Shown here one piece after another: positions 39,113 through 49,874 of a stretch of DNA of 64,000 bases. Within the stretch, counting starts at the first letter, position 1. Every line of letters begins with the position of its first letter. The notes under the pieces are model-generated. The model searched no databases. It was not told the DNA's origin and was given only the letters and a program-made list of their open reading frames with translations. Made by a program: the position numbers and the translations under genes. Source of the DNA: a virus; IMG/VR virus record IMGVR_UViG_3300037141_000177, positions 9,972-73,971 of that record, one strand, 5' to 3'.

Positions 39113-39771
39113 TGGAGGACCACGCTCAGCGGTGGCACAAACTTCATGGCCAGACGCGTCATTGCGGCGAGCTGGCGCACCGCTTCCGGGCCGTCGATGG
39201 TCGCGATGTCTTGCAGAAGGGGAAGGCCGGACTTGATCGAGTCCATGACTTCATATTGGGTCGCCGCGCGTCCCTGCGCGTACCACTGCGTATCGGTCGG
39301 CTCGCCTAACTGGAAGACGACGCCGCCGTTGGATTTGATCACTTTGAAGGACGTCGTCACCCACACGAGCGTCACGCCCGGGTTGCGCTCGAGCATGATT
39401 CCACCCGGTGCGTGTCCCTCCTCGGGGAAGTTGGCATCACGGCGTACGGCTTTGGGCATGATCAGGAACGGGCACGCGGTTGCTGAAAAGACCGAGCATT
39501 CGCGGTGCGCCGGCGGCTCGGCAGATATGCGATTGACCGAGCACATCGGCCCGATGGTGAAGGCAACAAACTTGCCGAGCGGCTCGCCACATACCCAGCA
39601 GCGCTTCTCCTTCACGCAGCGGACGAGTTTGTCGCCGTCCGCGATGCGAAAGTCCGGCTCGCCGTCGACGTACCCAACGAAAAATGGGATGGGGTAGCCT
39701 TTGCTACTCACTGGCAGGGTTCGGATGCGCTCAGGCATGAACGGCAGGGATTCGCGGTGCGGATGGCTCAT
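39109..39771 (-). CDS. Conserved Cys/His phage protein
   Basis: GYPIPFFV, PDFR, CWVCG, GPMC..NR..EPP.H.EC, CPFL. Confidence 0.6.
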   Translation of the reverse strand: MSHPHRESLPFMPERIRTLPVSSKGYPIPFFVGYVDGEPDFRIADGDKLVRCVKEKRCWVCGEPLGKFVAFTIGPMCSVNRISAEPPAHRECSVFSATACPFLIMPKAVRRDANFPEEGHAPGGIMLERNPGVTLVWVTTSFKVIKSNGGVVFQLGEPTDTQWYAQGRAATQYEVMDSIKSGLPLLQDIATIDGPEAVRQLAAMTRLAMKFVPPLSVVLQ

Positions 39772-40254
39772 GCGGGTTCCTGTGCGGTTGTGTTCGGGCA
39801 AATGAAGAGGGTCATGCTACACGTCAGCGTTATCAAAGCGGTTTATGGGTCGTGGCGCTTCGTGGGCGCTGCGCCTGCACGCTGGGCCTGCTCAATCACA
39901 AGCCTGGCGTCGACGCCGACCTCATACACGGTGTTGCCCACTTGGGCGCGGGCGGTCAATGGGCCGAGCGAATCTGCGCCTGGCGCTGCGGAGTTCCAGC
40001 GGCAACCGGCGCAGCGCGCGTCGAGCGGTCGGCTCAGTGTGTACTGGCAATCAACGGAGAACACGTTTTTGACGCTCACGTACCGCGGGTGGCGCTTTAT
40101 GTTTCCCCAATTCATATCCTCGACGTCGTATCCGTCCTGTGCCATGTAGGTCGTGGACTCACGCGGCTTGTTGTGGCATCCGTACGGGGCAGACGTGCTC
40201 ATGGAGGCTTTCCTGAAATCCGCTCGCCTGTGTGCCAGCGCGAGCGGCGAGACG

Positions 40255-41097
40255 TTACTCGGGTGACCCTAGCAGGATCTTGGTGCCCGTCTCTCCCTCG
40301 ATCTGCGACCAGATGGCGCGAAACGCTGCCTCGAGCACTTTGTGTGGGCGCACGAGTTCGTACCAGATGTGCAGCTGGCCACCGTTGACGCGGTACTTGA
40401 TGCGCGCCTCGATCGCGTACGGCTCGCCGTTCTCGAACACCGGAATGGACAGGACCATTACCGTGGGCATCGTGATTTTGTTGCCCGCGGTCGCGTTGAC
40501 GTCCTCTTTCCAGACAAACGTCGTGCTGCCGTCGCTTAAGCGTGCGGCCGACACGAAGCTGGCGTCCTTGCTGGCCTCGAAGTTAAGCGCGACGGTTAGC
40601 ATGGTGGAGCCGTCCGGCGTCACGATATCCGGGAGGTTGTCCTCGATCAGCGCGGCAAATTCAAGCTGGTCCAGCTTCGTGCGGTCCTTGTCGGTCCACG
40701 TTTTCCACTCGCGGGAAGGCGGCACGGCAAACTCGACGCGGTATTCGCGCCAGTTCGCGCCGTCGTTCAGGGCTGGTTTGTCCTTCGATTCTTCGTGGTC
40801 GTCGATCACGCCGAGGATGCGCGCCGGGTTCAGGGAGGCATAGATCAGGCTCTCGACGCGCTTCTGACGATTGAAGTACGAGGTGAAGCTGGCGGAGTCG
40901 CGGAGCTTTACCGTGCCTCTGGCGCGAGCTGGCTCCGTGAAAATGTCGGTAACAGGCGCGACGGTGTAACCGGGCGGCACCAGCACGAACGGCTTGCCAT
41001 CGGGCAACGGGCTTTTCTGGATCTCGGCCAGACCAGCGCCGGCAGCGAGGACAGCGGCGAGGTCGCGCTCGCCGTTTGATGCATCGATCTTCGACAT
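40255..41097 (-). CDS. DUF2303 (YfdQ-like) protein
   Basis: SF..YF, DDH, S.EWK.W, Q.EFA..IEDN, IPVF.NG. Confidence 0.8.
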   Translation of the reverse strand: MSKIDASNGERDLAAVLAAGAGLAEIQKSPLPDGKPFVLVPPGYTVAPVTDIFTEPARARGTVKLRDSASFTSYFNRQKRVESLIYASLNPARILGVIDDHEESKDKPALNDGANWREYRVEFAVPPSREWKTWTDKDRTKLDQLEFAALIEDNLPDIVTPDGSTMLTVALNFEASKDASFVSAARLSDGSTTFVWKEDVNATAGNKITMPTVMVLSIPVFENGEPYAIEARIKYRVNGGQLHIWYELVRPHKVLEAAFRAIWSQIEGETGTKILLGSPE

Positions 41098-41134
41098 TAC
41101 ATTTCCGAATAGTTGAGGGGTGGGGCGCTACGCG

Positions 41135-41461
41135 TTAGTTGCTGGACGAGCGTGAGTCGGCCAGCGAAATGCCTGGCAGTTCGGTCTGGCGCTCGCTGTG
41201 GCGCGACAGGTTGTTTTCGAAGGTGGGGAAGAACACCTCTGCGGTTTCCTTCTCGCGCGGCAGGGAGGTGGTGACCTTGCCGGTCACCTCGAGCGCGTCG
41301 GCGACCTTGGAGAACGGCTTCACGTCGATAGTGACGGTGATCTTCCCGGGCTTGCCGGTGTCGCGGACCATCGACACCAGTTCGTTCAATTGATTGGTGG
41401 CTTCCTCGACCAGTTCGCCGCCGCGTAGCTCGACCAGCGTCTGCGTAAATGCTTTCTTCAT
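41135..41461 (-). CDS. Partner protein usually found upstream of DUF2303
   Basis: L.ELV..V..TGK.G.IT.T, FF.T...NL.R. Confidence 0.65.
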   Translation of the reverse strand: MKKAFTQTLVELRGGELVEEATNQLNELVSMVRDTGKPGKITVTIDVKPFSKVADALEVTGKVTTSLPREKETAEVFFPTFENNLSRHSERQTELPGISLADSRSSSN

Positions 41462-42181
41462 CTCAAAATCCCTTGTAGAAGAACCAGATTTCCGGATTGC
41501 ACCGCGCGTGGCGCGGCCAAAGCCGGTATGTCAAGTAGGGCGTCACGTCGCTGCGCGTGGCGAACTATTCGTGTGGAAACAAGCGTTTTTCAGCCTCGAG
41601 GGACCGGGAGGCAATGGGCAGTGACGACGCAGCCGTTTTTGCCGCTCAGCCAGACGACGGAGGTGTGGCCCGACAGAACCATCGCCGGGGTGCGGGTGGT
41701 GTGAAGCGTGGGCTTGCTGATGCCAAGCACTTCGGTGTAGGAGACGGTGTCGCCCACGTTCACGATGGTGTTGAACGCATTGGCTTCCTTCTCCGGCTCG
41801 GAGATGTTCCTCATACGACGCCTCCGACCTTCTCGAGCGCGGCACGCGCGTGGCGCATCCACACGGTGACGAAGTCGATCATGTCGGCACCGCTCAGGTT
41901 GGTGTCGTTCTCGATATCGGGGTATTGCTCGATAAACGCCTTGATAACGCTCACGCAATCTGTCGCTGCGCGCTCGGACGTGGACGCTTGGCCGCGCAGT
42001 CGTGCTGGCCACGATCCAATGATCCGGCTGCTGTCGCGGTTGTAATCGCTGTGGAGCACGCTCTTTGCCGGTTCGAACGATTGCCAAATCTGAACCAGCC
42101 TCGCAGCCTCGCGCAAGCCGTCCGCGTAGGTGATCTGCGGTCCCGGGACGATGGACGCGCCGTCGCCGAAGTTGATGTCGC

Positions 42182-42613
42182 TCATTTGGCGGCTCCGGCT
42201 TTCACGGTCCGACCGGCCTCGAGGATCGGCAGTCCCGCCTCGGTGGGCACGTAGATGACCTGTCCGCCTTTGCCCTCGCTGTCTGACAGCTTGTTGATCC
42301 ACAGGTAGCGCAGGTACGCCGCGCCCTCATCGCCCTTAAGCGACTGCCCGATGATCGCGTTCGCTTTGGCGACGCCTCCCGCCCGGATCACCTCGGCATT
42401 GGCGAACGACTGCGCGCTTTCTTCCTTCGCTTTGGCGTCCTGCACCTGCACCAGCTTGCTGTAGTTCGCCTGCGCCAGTTCGGCTTCGCCGTCCATGCGC
42501 TGCGAGTAGACCTTGTATTGCGGGTAGCCCCACATGCAGCCGCCGATGGACGACACCACGATCACCGCGACGGCGAGAACGAGGGTGCTGGTCACGCGTA
42601 CGTCACTTGCCAT
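42182..42613 (-). CDS. Membrane-anchored SPFH/band-7-like protein
   Basis: Transmembrane helix, P.Y.V..Q...GEAELA, YL.YLWI, IYVPTEAGLPILEA. Confidence 0.6.
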   Translation of the reverse strand: MASDVRVTSTLVLAVAVIVVSSIGGCMWGYPQYKVYSQRMDGEAELAQANYSKLVQVQDAKAKEESAQSFANAEVIRAGGVAKANAIIGQSLKGDEGAAYLRYLWINKLSDSEGKGGQVIYVPTEAGLPILEAGRTVKAGAAK

Positions 42614-43213
42614 TTCGACTCCTTTTTATGAGCGTTATCAACGGATTTAGAGCGCCTTGAGGCGCTCGCCATGCGTGTGGATCGGGGGGGGTGCTACCGC
42701 GCGCTTCGCGTGTGGGAAAAGGCGGCATGCGGCAGGACTGGCGAGGCCGGAACCGCTCGAGCGGCGGGCGCGTCACCTTCGATGCGCTTGATGCGCGCCT
42801 TGAGCATGGTGGTGCTGTGCTCGTAAAACTCGCGCTGGCATTCGTGCTCGACCAGCAGGAAGCGCGCAGCGGCCAGCTTTTTAGCGGCCTCGCGCTCGGG
42901 TGAATAGGTGATGAACAGGTCGATCAACTTCCCGTAAAGGCTCATGGCTTGGTGACTCCGCAGTCGTGATGCTAGTGGGCGATGGTGAGGTGGCTAACAC
43001 CGAGGGCAAGAGCGACGTACCAGAGGGTTGCGATGGGGAAGCTGAACCCAAGCATCCAGCCGATGACGCGCAGGCTTCTGGCGGGGCTGTGCGTCGTCCG
43101 AAATCTGCCGCGCAGCTTCAGCAGGTCTGTCTTGCCGGGGATCGTCGTGTGCATATCGCCTCTTGTTCGTGTGGGGCAAGTATGTAAGTTTAGAATCTTC
43201 CCCGCAAGAAGAT

Positions 43214-43231
43214 TTTGCTTATAACGCAAAA
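43214..43231. promoter_or_regulatory. Putative operator at the divergent early/late junction
   Basis: Reverse complement is TTTTGCGTTATAAGCAAA. Confidence 0.55.
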
Positions 43232-43340
43232 ATTCCGTGATATTGTTGTCGTGTTGTCATTGATAACGCTCACCGATTGGTGATTCTGTTGTCAGGCGAC
43301 AAGCCAGCCAAGCCTTTGTAAACAAGCGCGCGTTCATGTT

Positions 43341-43356
43341 GTCGTGACGCCAAGCT
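43341..43356 (+). promoter_or_regulatory. Putative late promoter motif GTCGTGACGCCAAGCT
   Basis: Upstream of the terminase-small-like gene. Confidence 0.65.
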
Positions 43357-43388
43357 GGCCGAATCGGGTTTTTTGCGGGACAGGAACA

Positions 43389-43988
43389 ATGGCTCGGCCA
43401 TCGATTAGTAAAGAACAGTGGACGGTTGCTCGCGCAATTTGGGAGAGCGATCCGGTCGTGACATTCGCGGAGATCGCCGAGGACTTTGGCGTCACGCGTC
43501 AGGCCGTCCAACTTCACGCCCGACGCCACGGTTGGGTGAAGCGCCTCGATAAGCAGACCGTTTCGGATCTGGCTCACGCTGCGGCGGATTCAAAACTTAC
43601 AGGATCGCCGGCGGACGGATCCAAGCCGGCGGGGTCTGTTGTCGCGGACACGCTTGAAAAACGCATCACGCGCGCTTTGCCTGATCTGCCGCTCGGTGCG
43701 TCGCCTGAAGACGCGCAGAAGGCTGCTGAAGCCGCCGCGATCGATAGACGGGCGGAGGTGTTGGGTACGCACCGGAAGGAGCTACTGGCCGCTCGCACGC
43801 TTCTGTATGGCGCGATCAAATCGAAGGTGCTCGACGAGGCCAAGCAGGTAAAGATCGCGGCCGAGGCGATGAAGATCATCCAGGACGCCGAACGAAAAGC
43901 CTGGGGTCTGGATTCCGATGAAAAGGGCGGTCGTCCGCAGGTCCAGGTGATCGTGCATCGACGCGCGGGTAAGCCGAATGGACACTAA
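43389..43988 (+). CDS. Terminase small subunit-like HTH protein
   Basis: W...R..WE, IA..FGV.RQAV...A...GW; C-terminal IQ..ERKAWGLD. Confidence 0.6.
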   Translation: MARPSISKEQWTVARAIWESDPVVTFAEIAEDFGVTRQAVQLHARRHGWVKRLDKQTVSDLAHAAADSKLTGSPADGSKPAGSVVADTLEKRITRALPDLPLGASPEDAQKAAEAAAIDRRAEVLGTHRKELLAARTLLYGAIKSKVLDEAKQVKIAAEAMKIIQDAERKAWGLDSDEKGGRPQVQVIVHRRAGKPNGH

Positions 43989-45243
43989 TCGGGTCTTGTT
44001 CGGGGATTGTCGCGCGTCGCTGCGCCTGATGGCCGCTGAAGGTATGCAGGTGCAAACGTGCGTCACGTCGCCTCCGTACTACGGCTTGCGTGACTATGGC
44101 GTGGATGGCCAGCTCGGCCTCGAAGAAACGCCCGACGAGTACGTTGCCGCGCTGGTGGACGTGTTCCGCTGCGTGCGCGACGTGCTGGCCGACGACGGCA
44201 CGCTCTGGCTGAACATCGGCGACAGCTACGCGGCGAACCGCGGCTATCAGGTCGCCTCCACGCTTATGAATGGCAAGGCCACGAACGAAGCGCAGGCCGC
44301 TGGCGGTCGTGGCATGAAGGCCGCTGACTATGGGGTGAAGCCGAAGGACCTGATCGGTATCCCGTGGATGGTGGCGTTCGCGCTGCGCGCTGACGGCTGG
44401 TATCTGCGCTCGGACATCATCTGGTCGAAGGGCAACCCCATGCCTGAGAGCGTCACGGACCGGCCGACGAAAAGCCACGAGTACTTGTTTCTGCTCGCAA
44501 AGTCCGAGCGCTACTACTACGACCACGAAGCGGTGAAGGAGCCCGCCGTGAGCGATCACGCGTCGGGTAACGGCTTCAAGCGCGACGCGCGCTTGTCCTA
44601 CAAAGACGCCAATGGCGCGCGCGGCAACGATGAACAGTGGACGGATATTGGCGGTAGACGTAATCGCCGGTCGGTGTGGAGCGTCAATACGAAGCCGTAC
44701 AAGGGTGCCCACTTCGCCACGTTCCCGCCGGGACTGGTCGAGCCTTGCATCCTCGCGGGCACAAGTGCGGAGGGGCATTGCCCGGTCTGCAGTGCGCGTT
44801 GGCAACGTGTCACAGACCGTCAGGCGACCGGCTGGAATGGGAGCAGATATGGCGAGGCGGCGCAGGCGGCGACCGGCGGGGCGATCAGCGGCGGCACTGC
44901 GCGCAGCACGCTCGGGTCGAGTAACGGCAGGCTCACCGCCCAATACCTCACGACCGGCTGGCAACCGACCTGCGCATGCGGTGCCGATTCGGTGCCCGAC
45001 GTGGTGCTCGATCCGTTTATGGGCAGCGGCACGACTGCGGCTGTTGCTGTCGACCTTCGTCGGGGCTTCCTCGGCTGCGAGCTGAACCCCGAATACGAAC
45101 ATCTTCAAACCGAGCGGATAACGCGCGCGCGTGCGGCGCTCGCCGAGCGGCTTGCTGCCGCCTACGCCGCTACCGCGCAGGGCGATCTGTTGAACCCAAA
45201 TTCGTCTCACACCGTAGTTCAATTCGAAGGAGCAAAGGCATGA
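43978..45243 (+). CDS. DNA N4-cytosine/N6-adenine methyltransferase (beta class)
   Basis: TSPPY, IIW.K.NPMPES, HFA.FP, VLDPF.GSGTT. Confidence 0.92.
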   Translation: MDTNRVLFGDCRASLRLMAAEGMQVQTCVTSPPYYGLRDYGVDGQLGLEETPDEYVAALVDVFRCVRDVLADDGTLWLNIGDSYAANRGYQVASTLMNGKATNEAQAAGGRGMKAADYGVKPKDLIGIPWMVAFALRADGWYLRSDIIWSKGNPMPESVTDRPTKSHEYLFLLAKSERYYYDHEAVKEPAVSDHASGNGFKRDARLSYKDANGARGNDEQWTDIGGRRNRRSVWSVNTKPYKGAHFATFPPGLVEPCILAGTSAEGHCPVCSARWQRVTDRQATGWNGSRYGEAAQAATGGAISGGTARSTLGSSNGRLTAQYLTTGWQPTCACGADSVPDVVLDPFMGSGTTAAVAVDLRRGFLGCELNPEYEHLQTERITRARAALAERLAAAYAATAQGDLLNPNSSHTVVQFEGAKA

Positions 45244-45911
45244 CGACCACTGTAAAGATCACCGTTTCGCAAGTGCATGAAGGCGCGCATGTCGAGGTGC
45301 AATACATCGATGCGACGTCGAAGAAGCCGGTCGGACTCGCTGCAAAGCTTGCGCTCGGTGAGAGCGCCGATGTTGTGTGCCACGACGCAGGGTCGCTGCT
45401 GATAGAAGAGGTTGGCGGCATTTACCAGCGCGGCGTCTGAGCATGCGACGCCTTCCTGCGCGGACCGACCTGTTCGGAGGTTCATATGCCGCTTGACGCT
45501 GCGCAGGAGGCCGTGTGGGCGGCTCAACGTATCGAAAGCTATGCGCGCTTCTATGCTGCGGTGGCATCGGCTAAGGCGGGCAGCTTCGCGCTTGGGCGAG
45601 CGATTGCCTCGCGGGTGCGTGCGGCGTCTGGCGACGAAGCGGCCGAGTACGCGCTTGCTGAGCTGCGGTCCTGCACGGAGCTGTGGAAATGATCATAAGC
45701 ACGGGCAAAGAGGCAGGCGCTGAATGGGCATTCAAGCTGCTCGCGCGGGGGAAGTCGCGCACGGGCCTTGGGATGCCGCTTGAGGTCACGCGCTGCGCGA
45801 CCGATGCGATTCGGTCCGGTGCCGGTTATCGGTTTATGCGTGACGCGCCGGAAGACGTTCGCGAGCAATACGCACTGATGTACGACGGGATCATCGCGGC
45901 GGAGGGGCAGC

Positions 45912-47345
45912 GTGACTTTTAGCGCGATCACCTTCGGCTCAGTGTGTTCGGGCATTGAAGCGGCGAGTGTGGCGTGGGTTCCGCTTGGCTGGCGCGCGGT
46001 GTGGTTCGCGGAGATAGACGCGTTCCCGTCCGCGGTGCTTGCGCATCGGCATCCGTCGGTGCGGAACCTGGGGGATATGACGCTGCTGGTGGCACGCGTG
46101 CAGTCGGGGGAGATTGAGGCGCCCGACGTCCTGGTGGGCGGCACACCGTGTCAGGCGTTCTCGCTGGCGGGGCTTCGTGCTGGTTTGAATGATCCACGCG
46201 GTCAGCTTGTGCTGCGGTTTTTGGAATTGGCAAATGCAATTGACGCAGCTCGACTTGTTCTCGGAAAGCCCGCGTGTGTCGTCGTCTGGGAGAACGTCTA
46301 CGGCGTGCTCAGCGACAAGACCAACGCCTTCGGATTCTTACTTGGTGGGCTGGCCGGCGAAGATGTTCCACTTGAGCCGCCAAGGGACGCCCGTGGCCTG
46401 AGAAAGCCTTGGTCGCACGCTGGTGCTGTGTATGGACCCCAAAGAGCAGCGGCATGGCGGCTCCTCGACGCCCAATATTTCAGAGTGGCACAACGACGCC
46501 GCCGTTGTTTCCTTGTGGGCAGTGCTCGAGCGGGGTTCGATCCAGCGAAGGTACTTTTTGACTTCGAAGGCGTGCGCCGGGATTCTCCGCCGAGCCGAGA
46601 TGCGGGGGAAAACGTTACCGGCACTCTTAGCGCGCGCACTTCAGCAGGTGGCGGACTTGGGACCGACTTTGAACTAGCCGGTGGCCTGCAGGTGTGCTCG
46701 CCGGTCGTGTGCCTGGCGCACGGGCAGGGAGGGGCCGAGGTGTCGGAGGACCGGTCGCCGACGCTCACCTGCAACCACGAGGCACCGATCGCCGTGTATG
46801 CGTTCCAGCCGCGCATCGCGCGCAATGGTCGGGGCGATATGGGCGAGCTCGTCAATGCGTTGACGGCCACTGCTGGCGAGACGGGCAAGGGTGATGCTGC
46901 GCCGTGCGTCGCACTCGCGTTCAAGGCTTCGCACTTCACGCGCGGTAAGGATGGCGCTCCGTCTGAGGTCTGTCCGCCGCTGTCGGCCGACGCCGACAAG
47001 GGCGATCAGGACACGCTGGTGTGTGCGCCCACGGGGATCGCCTTCGACGCCCGTCAAGACCCGGTTTCAAACGATCACGTCGCAGGCGCGCTCGGCTCAT
47101 CCAGCCCGCAATCGCAGGCCGTGTGCGTCGCCGGAGGCATGGCGGTGCGTCGTCTCACGCCGGTCGAGTGCGAGCGGCTTCAGGGATTCGCGGACGGCTA
47201 CACAAACGTTCCGTACCGCGGCAAGCCTGCTGCGGACGGTCCGAGATACAAGGCGCTTGGCAATTCTATGGCCGTGCCGTGCATGGCCTTTCTTGGGCGC
47301 CGCATCGCGGTCGCTATTGGTGAGCTTATTCGGGAGCACGCATGA
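45912..47345 (+). CDS. DNA C5-cytosine methyltransferase
   Basis: SVCSGI, GGTPCQAFS, WENV, QRRRR.F, RRLTP.ECERLQGF, RYKALGNS. Confidence 0.93.
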   Translation: MTFSAITFGSVCSGIEAASVAWVPLGWRAVWFAEIDAFPSAVLAHRHPSVRNLGDMTLLVARVQSGEIEAPDVLVGGTPCQAFSLAGLRAGLNDPRGQLVLRFLELANAIDAARLVLGKPACVVVWENVYGVLSDKTNAFGFLLGGLAGEDVPLEPPRDARGLRKPWSHAGAVYGPQRAAAWRLLDAQYFRVAQRRRRCFLVGSARAGFDPAKVLFDFEGVRRDSPPSRDAGENVTGTLSARTSAGGGLGTDFELAGGLQVCSPVVCLAHGQGGAEVSEDRSPTLTCNHEAPIAVYAFQPRIARNGRGDMGELVNALTATAGETGKGDAAPCVALAFKASHFTRGKDGAPSEVCPPLSADADKGDQDTLVCAPTGIAFDARQDPVSNDHVAGALGSSSPQSQAVCVAGGMAVRRLTPVECERLQGFADGYTNVPYRGKPAADGPRYKALGNSMAVPCMAFLGRRIAVAIGELIREHA

Positions 47346-47624
47346 GAACGATCTACAAGTACCCGCTCGAGCGCGGCGTGACTCGCCTCGATGTTCCGCC
47401 TGGTTCGACGCTGGTGTCGGTTGACATACAGAACGGCGAGCCGATTGGCTGGGTGATGCACGACCGGGAGCGTCTGCAGGCGAAGGAGCGCGAGGCGATC
47501 ATCGTGACTATCGCGCGTACGGGTGGCGACATACCTCGGGAGTGCGGAAGCTATCTGTCGACGTTTTTCGAGCACGGCGGGCTGTACGTGTGGCACGCGT
47601 TCGCCCATTACGAAGGGCCGGTGA

Positions 47625-48992
47625 ATGGCTGATATCTCGATGCCGACCGCGCTGGTGATGCGTAACGTCGCGGACCTGTTGCCGTATGCGAGGAATGCCA
47701 GAACGCATTCGGATGAGCAGCTGGCGCAGATCGTCGCGTCGATGACCGAGTTTGGCTTCACGAACCCGATCCTCGTCTCCGGTGACGGGATCCTCGCGGG
47801 GCACGGTCGGATTCTAGCGGCCGAGAAGCTCGGGCTGACGGTGGTGCCGACGATCGACCTGTCGCATCTGTCCGAGACGCAGCGGCAGGCGTACGTGCTC
47901 ACTGACAACAAGATCGCGCTCAATGCGGGATGGGATCTCGACATGCTGCGCGTTGAGCTGGAGGAGCTGGAAGCGAAGGGGTTTGATCTGTCGATCACGG
48001 GCTTCGGCGCGGACGAGCTCGAGGAGCTCCTGCATCCGGATCTGGAAGCGCCTGGTGGTGATCCGGACGAAGTGCCGGAGACGCCCACGGTCGCGCACTC
48101 GGTGCTTGGCGACGTGTGGATTTGTGGCGCGCACAAGGTCATGGTTGGAGATGCGCTGTCGGTCGATGCCTGGGACGCGCTGATGGGCACGGAGAAGGCG
48201 GACGTGGTGTGGACGGACCCGCCGTACAACGTTGATTACGAGTCGAAGCTGGCCGGGAAAATCAAGAACGACAAGATGGGCGACGGTGCCTTTCATGAGT
48301 TCCTGCTGGGTGCCTTTGTGGCGCTGTTCACGGTCATGAAGTCGGGTGCGGCGATCTATATCGCGCATGCCGATACGGAGGGCTACAACTTCCGCAGCGC
48401 CTTCCTGAAGGCCGGGTTGAAGCTGTCGGGTTGCCTCATCTGGAAGAAGAACACGCTGGTCCTCGGGCGTAGCCCGTACCAGTGGATCCACGAGCCGATT
48501 CTGTACGGATGGAAGCCGGGAAAAGCGCACCGATGGTTCGGCGGCCGCAAGCAAACGACGGTCACGGATTTAGGCGATGCGTCGCCGTTCGAACTGCAGC
48601 CCGACGGTCGCTGGGTGGTGCGCGTCGGTGAGGAGACGCTTGTCGTGTCCGGCGATGCGCTGGTGGAGCGCGTTGAGACATCGCTGATCTATCACGACAA
48701 GCCTGCGCGCTCGGCACTTCATCCCACGACGAAACCGGTCGGACTTGTCACTCGTCTTTTGAAGAATTCCGCGCGTCGCAACGACATTGTGGTCGATGCC
48801 TTTGGCGGTTCCGGCACGACCTTGATCGGCTCTGAAATGGTCGGCATGTGCGCGCGCCTGATGGAGCTTGACCCTCGCTTTGTCGACGTGACCTGCGCTC
48901 GTTACCTTGCCTACACGGGCCGCGTGCCGGTGAGTGCGGTGACCGGTCTGGAATTCCCGCGCGGCGTGCTCGAGCGGCTTAACGCCAAGTAA
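47625..48992 (+). CDS. ParB-like domain fused to an N6-adenine methyltransferase
   Basis: PY.RNAR.H, FGFTNP, AGHGR; TDPPYNV, HPT.KP, D.FGGSGTT. Confidence 0.9.
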   Translation: MADISMPTALVMRNVADLLPYARNARTHSDEQLAQIVASMTEFGFTNPILVSGDGILAGHGRILAAEKLGLTVVPTIDLSHLSETQRQAYVLTDNKIALNAGWDLDMLRVELEELEAKGFDLSITGFGADELEELLHPDLEAPGGDPDEVPETPTVAHSVLGDVWICGAHKVMVGDALSVDAWDALMGTEKADVVWTDPPYNVDYESKLAGKIKNDKMGDGAFHEFLLGAFVALFTVMKSGAAIYIAHADTEGYNFRSAFLKAGLKLSGCLIWKKNTLVLGRSPYQWIHEPILYGWKPGKAHRWFGGRKQTTVTDLGDASPFELQPDGRWVVRVGEETLVVSGDALVERVETSLIYHDKPARSALHPTTKPVGLVTRLLKNSARRNDIVVDAFGGSGTTLIGSEMVGMCARLMELDPRFVDVTCARYLAYTGRVPVSAVTGLEFPRGVLERLNAK

Positions 48993-49005
48993 AACGGAGG
49001 TTGTC

Positions 49006-49179
49006 ATGTTGGATACGACTGACCATGAATTGCGTGGCGGATTCAAACGCGCTGAGCAGGAACCGGTTCGACTCACGAAGTCAACGCCGCCGAATACCGG
49101 CTGGGTTTGCCCGCTGTGCCGCGTGTCCAATGCGCCGACCGTGCGCCAGTGCCCGTGCTCATCGGCGATTCGGCCATGA
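49006..49179 (+). CDS. Small zinc-ribbon protein (absent from the ORF track)
   Basis: GGAGG RBS; 57 aa with GWVCPLC..SNAP.V..CPC. Confidence 0.55.
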   Translation: MLDTTDHELRGGFKRAEQEPVRLTKSTPPNTGWVCPLCRVSNAPTVRQCPCSSAIRP

Positions 49180-49874
49180 ACGCTCATCAACGTCGGATCG
49201 TGCGTCGTTCTCTTGGCCGCTCTCTCGCACTGCTTGGCGAGCCGTTATTTGAGCCGCGCGTTGCCGCTCCGACGATCCTATTGAGGCATATGTTCGGGAT
49301 ACCCATCCTCGACAATCGGGCGCTTGCCCGTATGAGCATATGAACGCTCGCCAGCGCCGGTTTGTGAAGCGCCACCGCCTGCCTGCTGGCACGGAGGTCT
49401 GGTACCGCTCGAGCCGCTTCGGCTGGGTCGTGGGCACGGTCATGACGAATCAATGGGATGCAGGCGCGTACCGGGTGCGCGTCAACTTAGACGGCGAGCG
49501 CGAATACCCGCTGATTAGCGATCTGGTGTTCGTCGAGCCAGAGGCCATGTCGTTGCTCGCGGTACCCGACCAAGCGAATGCCTTCGTTGAATTCGTCGAG
49601 CACATGAACCGCCAGATTTGCGGTGCGTTCAGTCCTCCGCAGCGTTACTTCTTTCCGCCTTCATCCACGCTCCCGGGCCATGTAATTAACAGATCGGATG
49701 GCGTATGAGCGACGTGTTTAAAGGGATGTCGCTTGAACGCCTGGCGGAGCTCGCTGAGAAGTTCGGTATTGACGGTCCTGCCGATGGCCTTGTCACGTTT
49801 GCTCGCGCGATCCGCTTTGCCGCTTTGGCTGTGGACGGGCGCCCGGTGCTCACGCCGGTCCATAAGGATTCGAA

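Noticed and set aside
42963-42978. Additional late promoter match GTCGTGATGCTAGTGG
   Set aside because: Lacks the conserved final T and points against a leftward operon with no rightward gene downstream.
47625-48100. ParB domain as the partition partner of parA
   Set aside because: It is fused to a methyltransferase 26 kb away; parA already has an adjacent RHH adaptor.
43978-48992. Restriction-modification, BREX or DISARM defence locus
   Set aside because: No restriction endonuclease, helicase or PglZ-type genes; these look like typical phage orphan methyltransferases.
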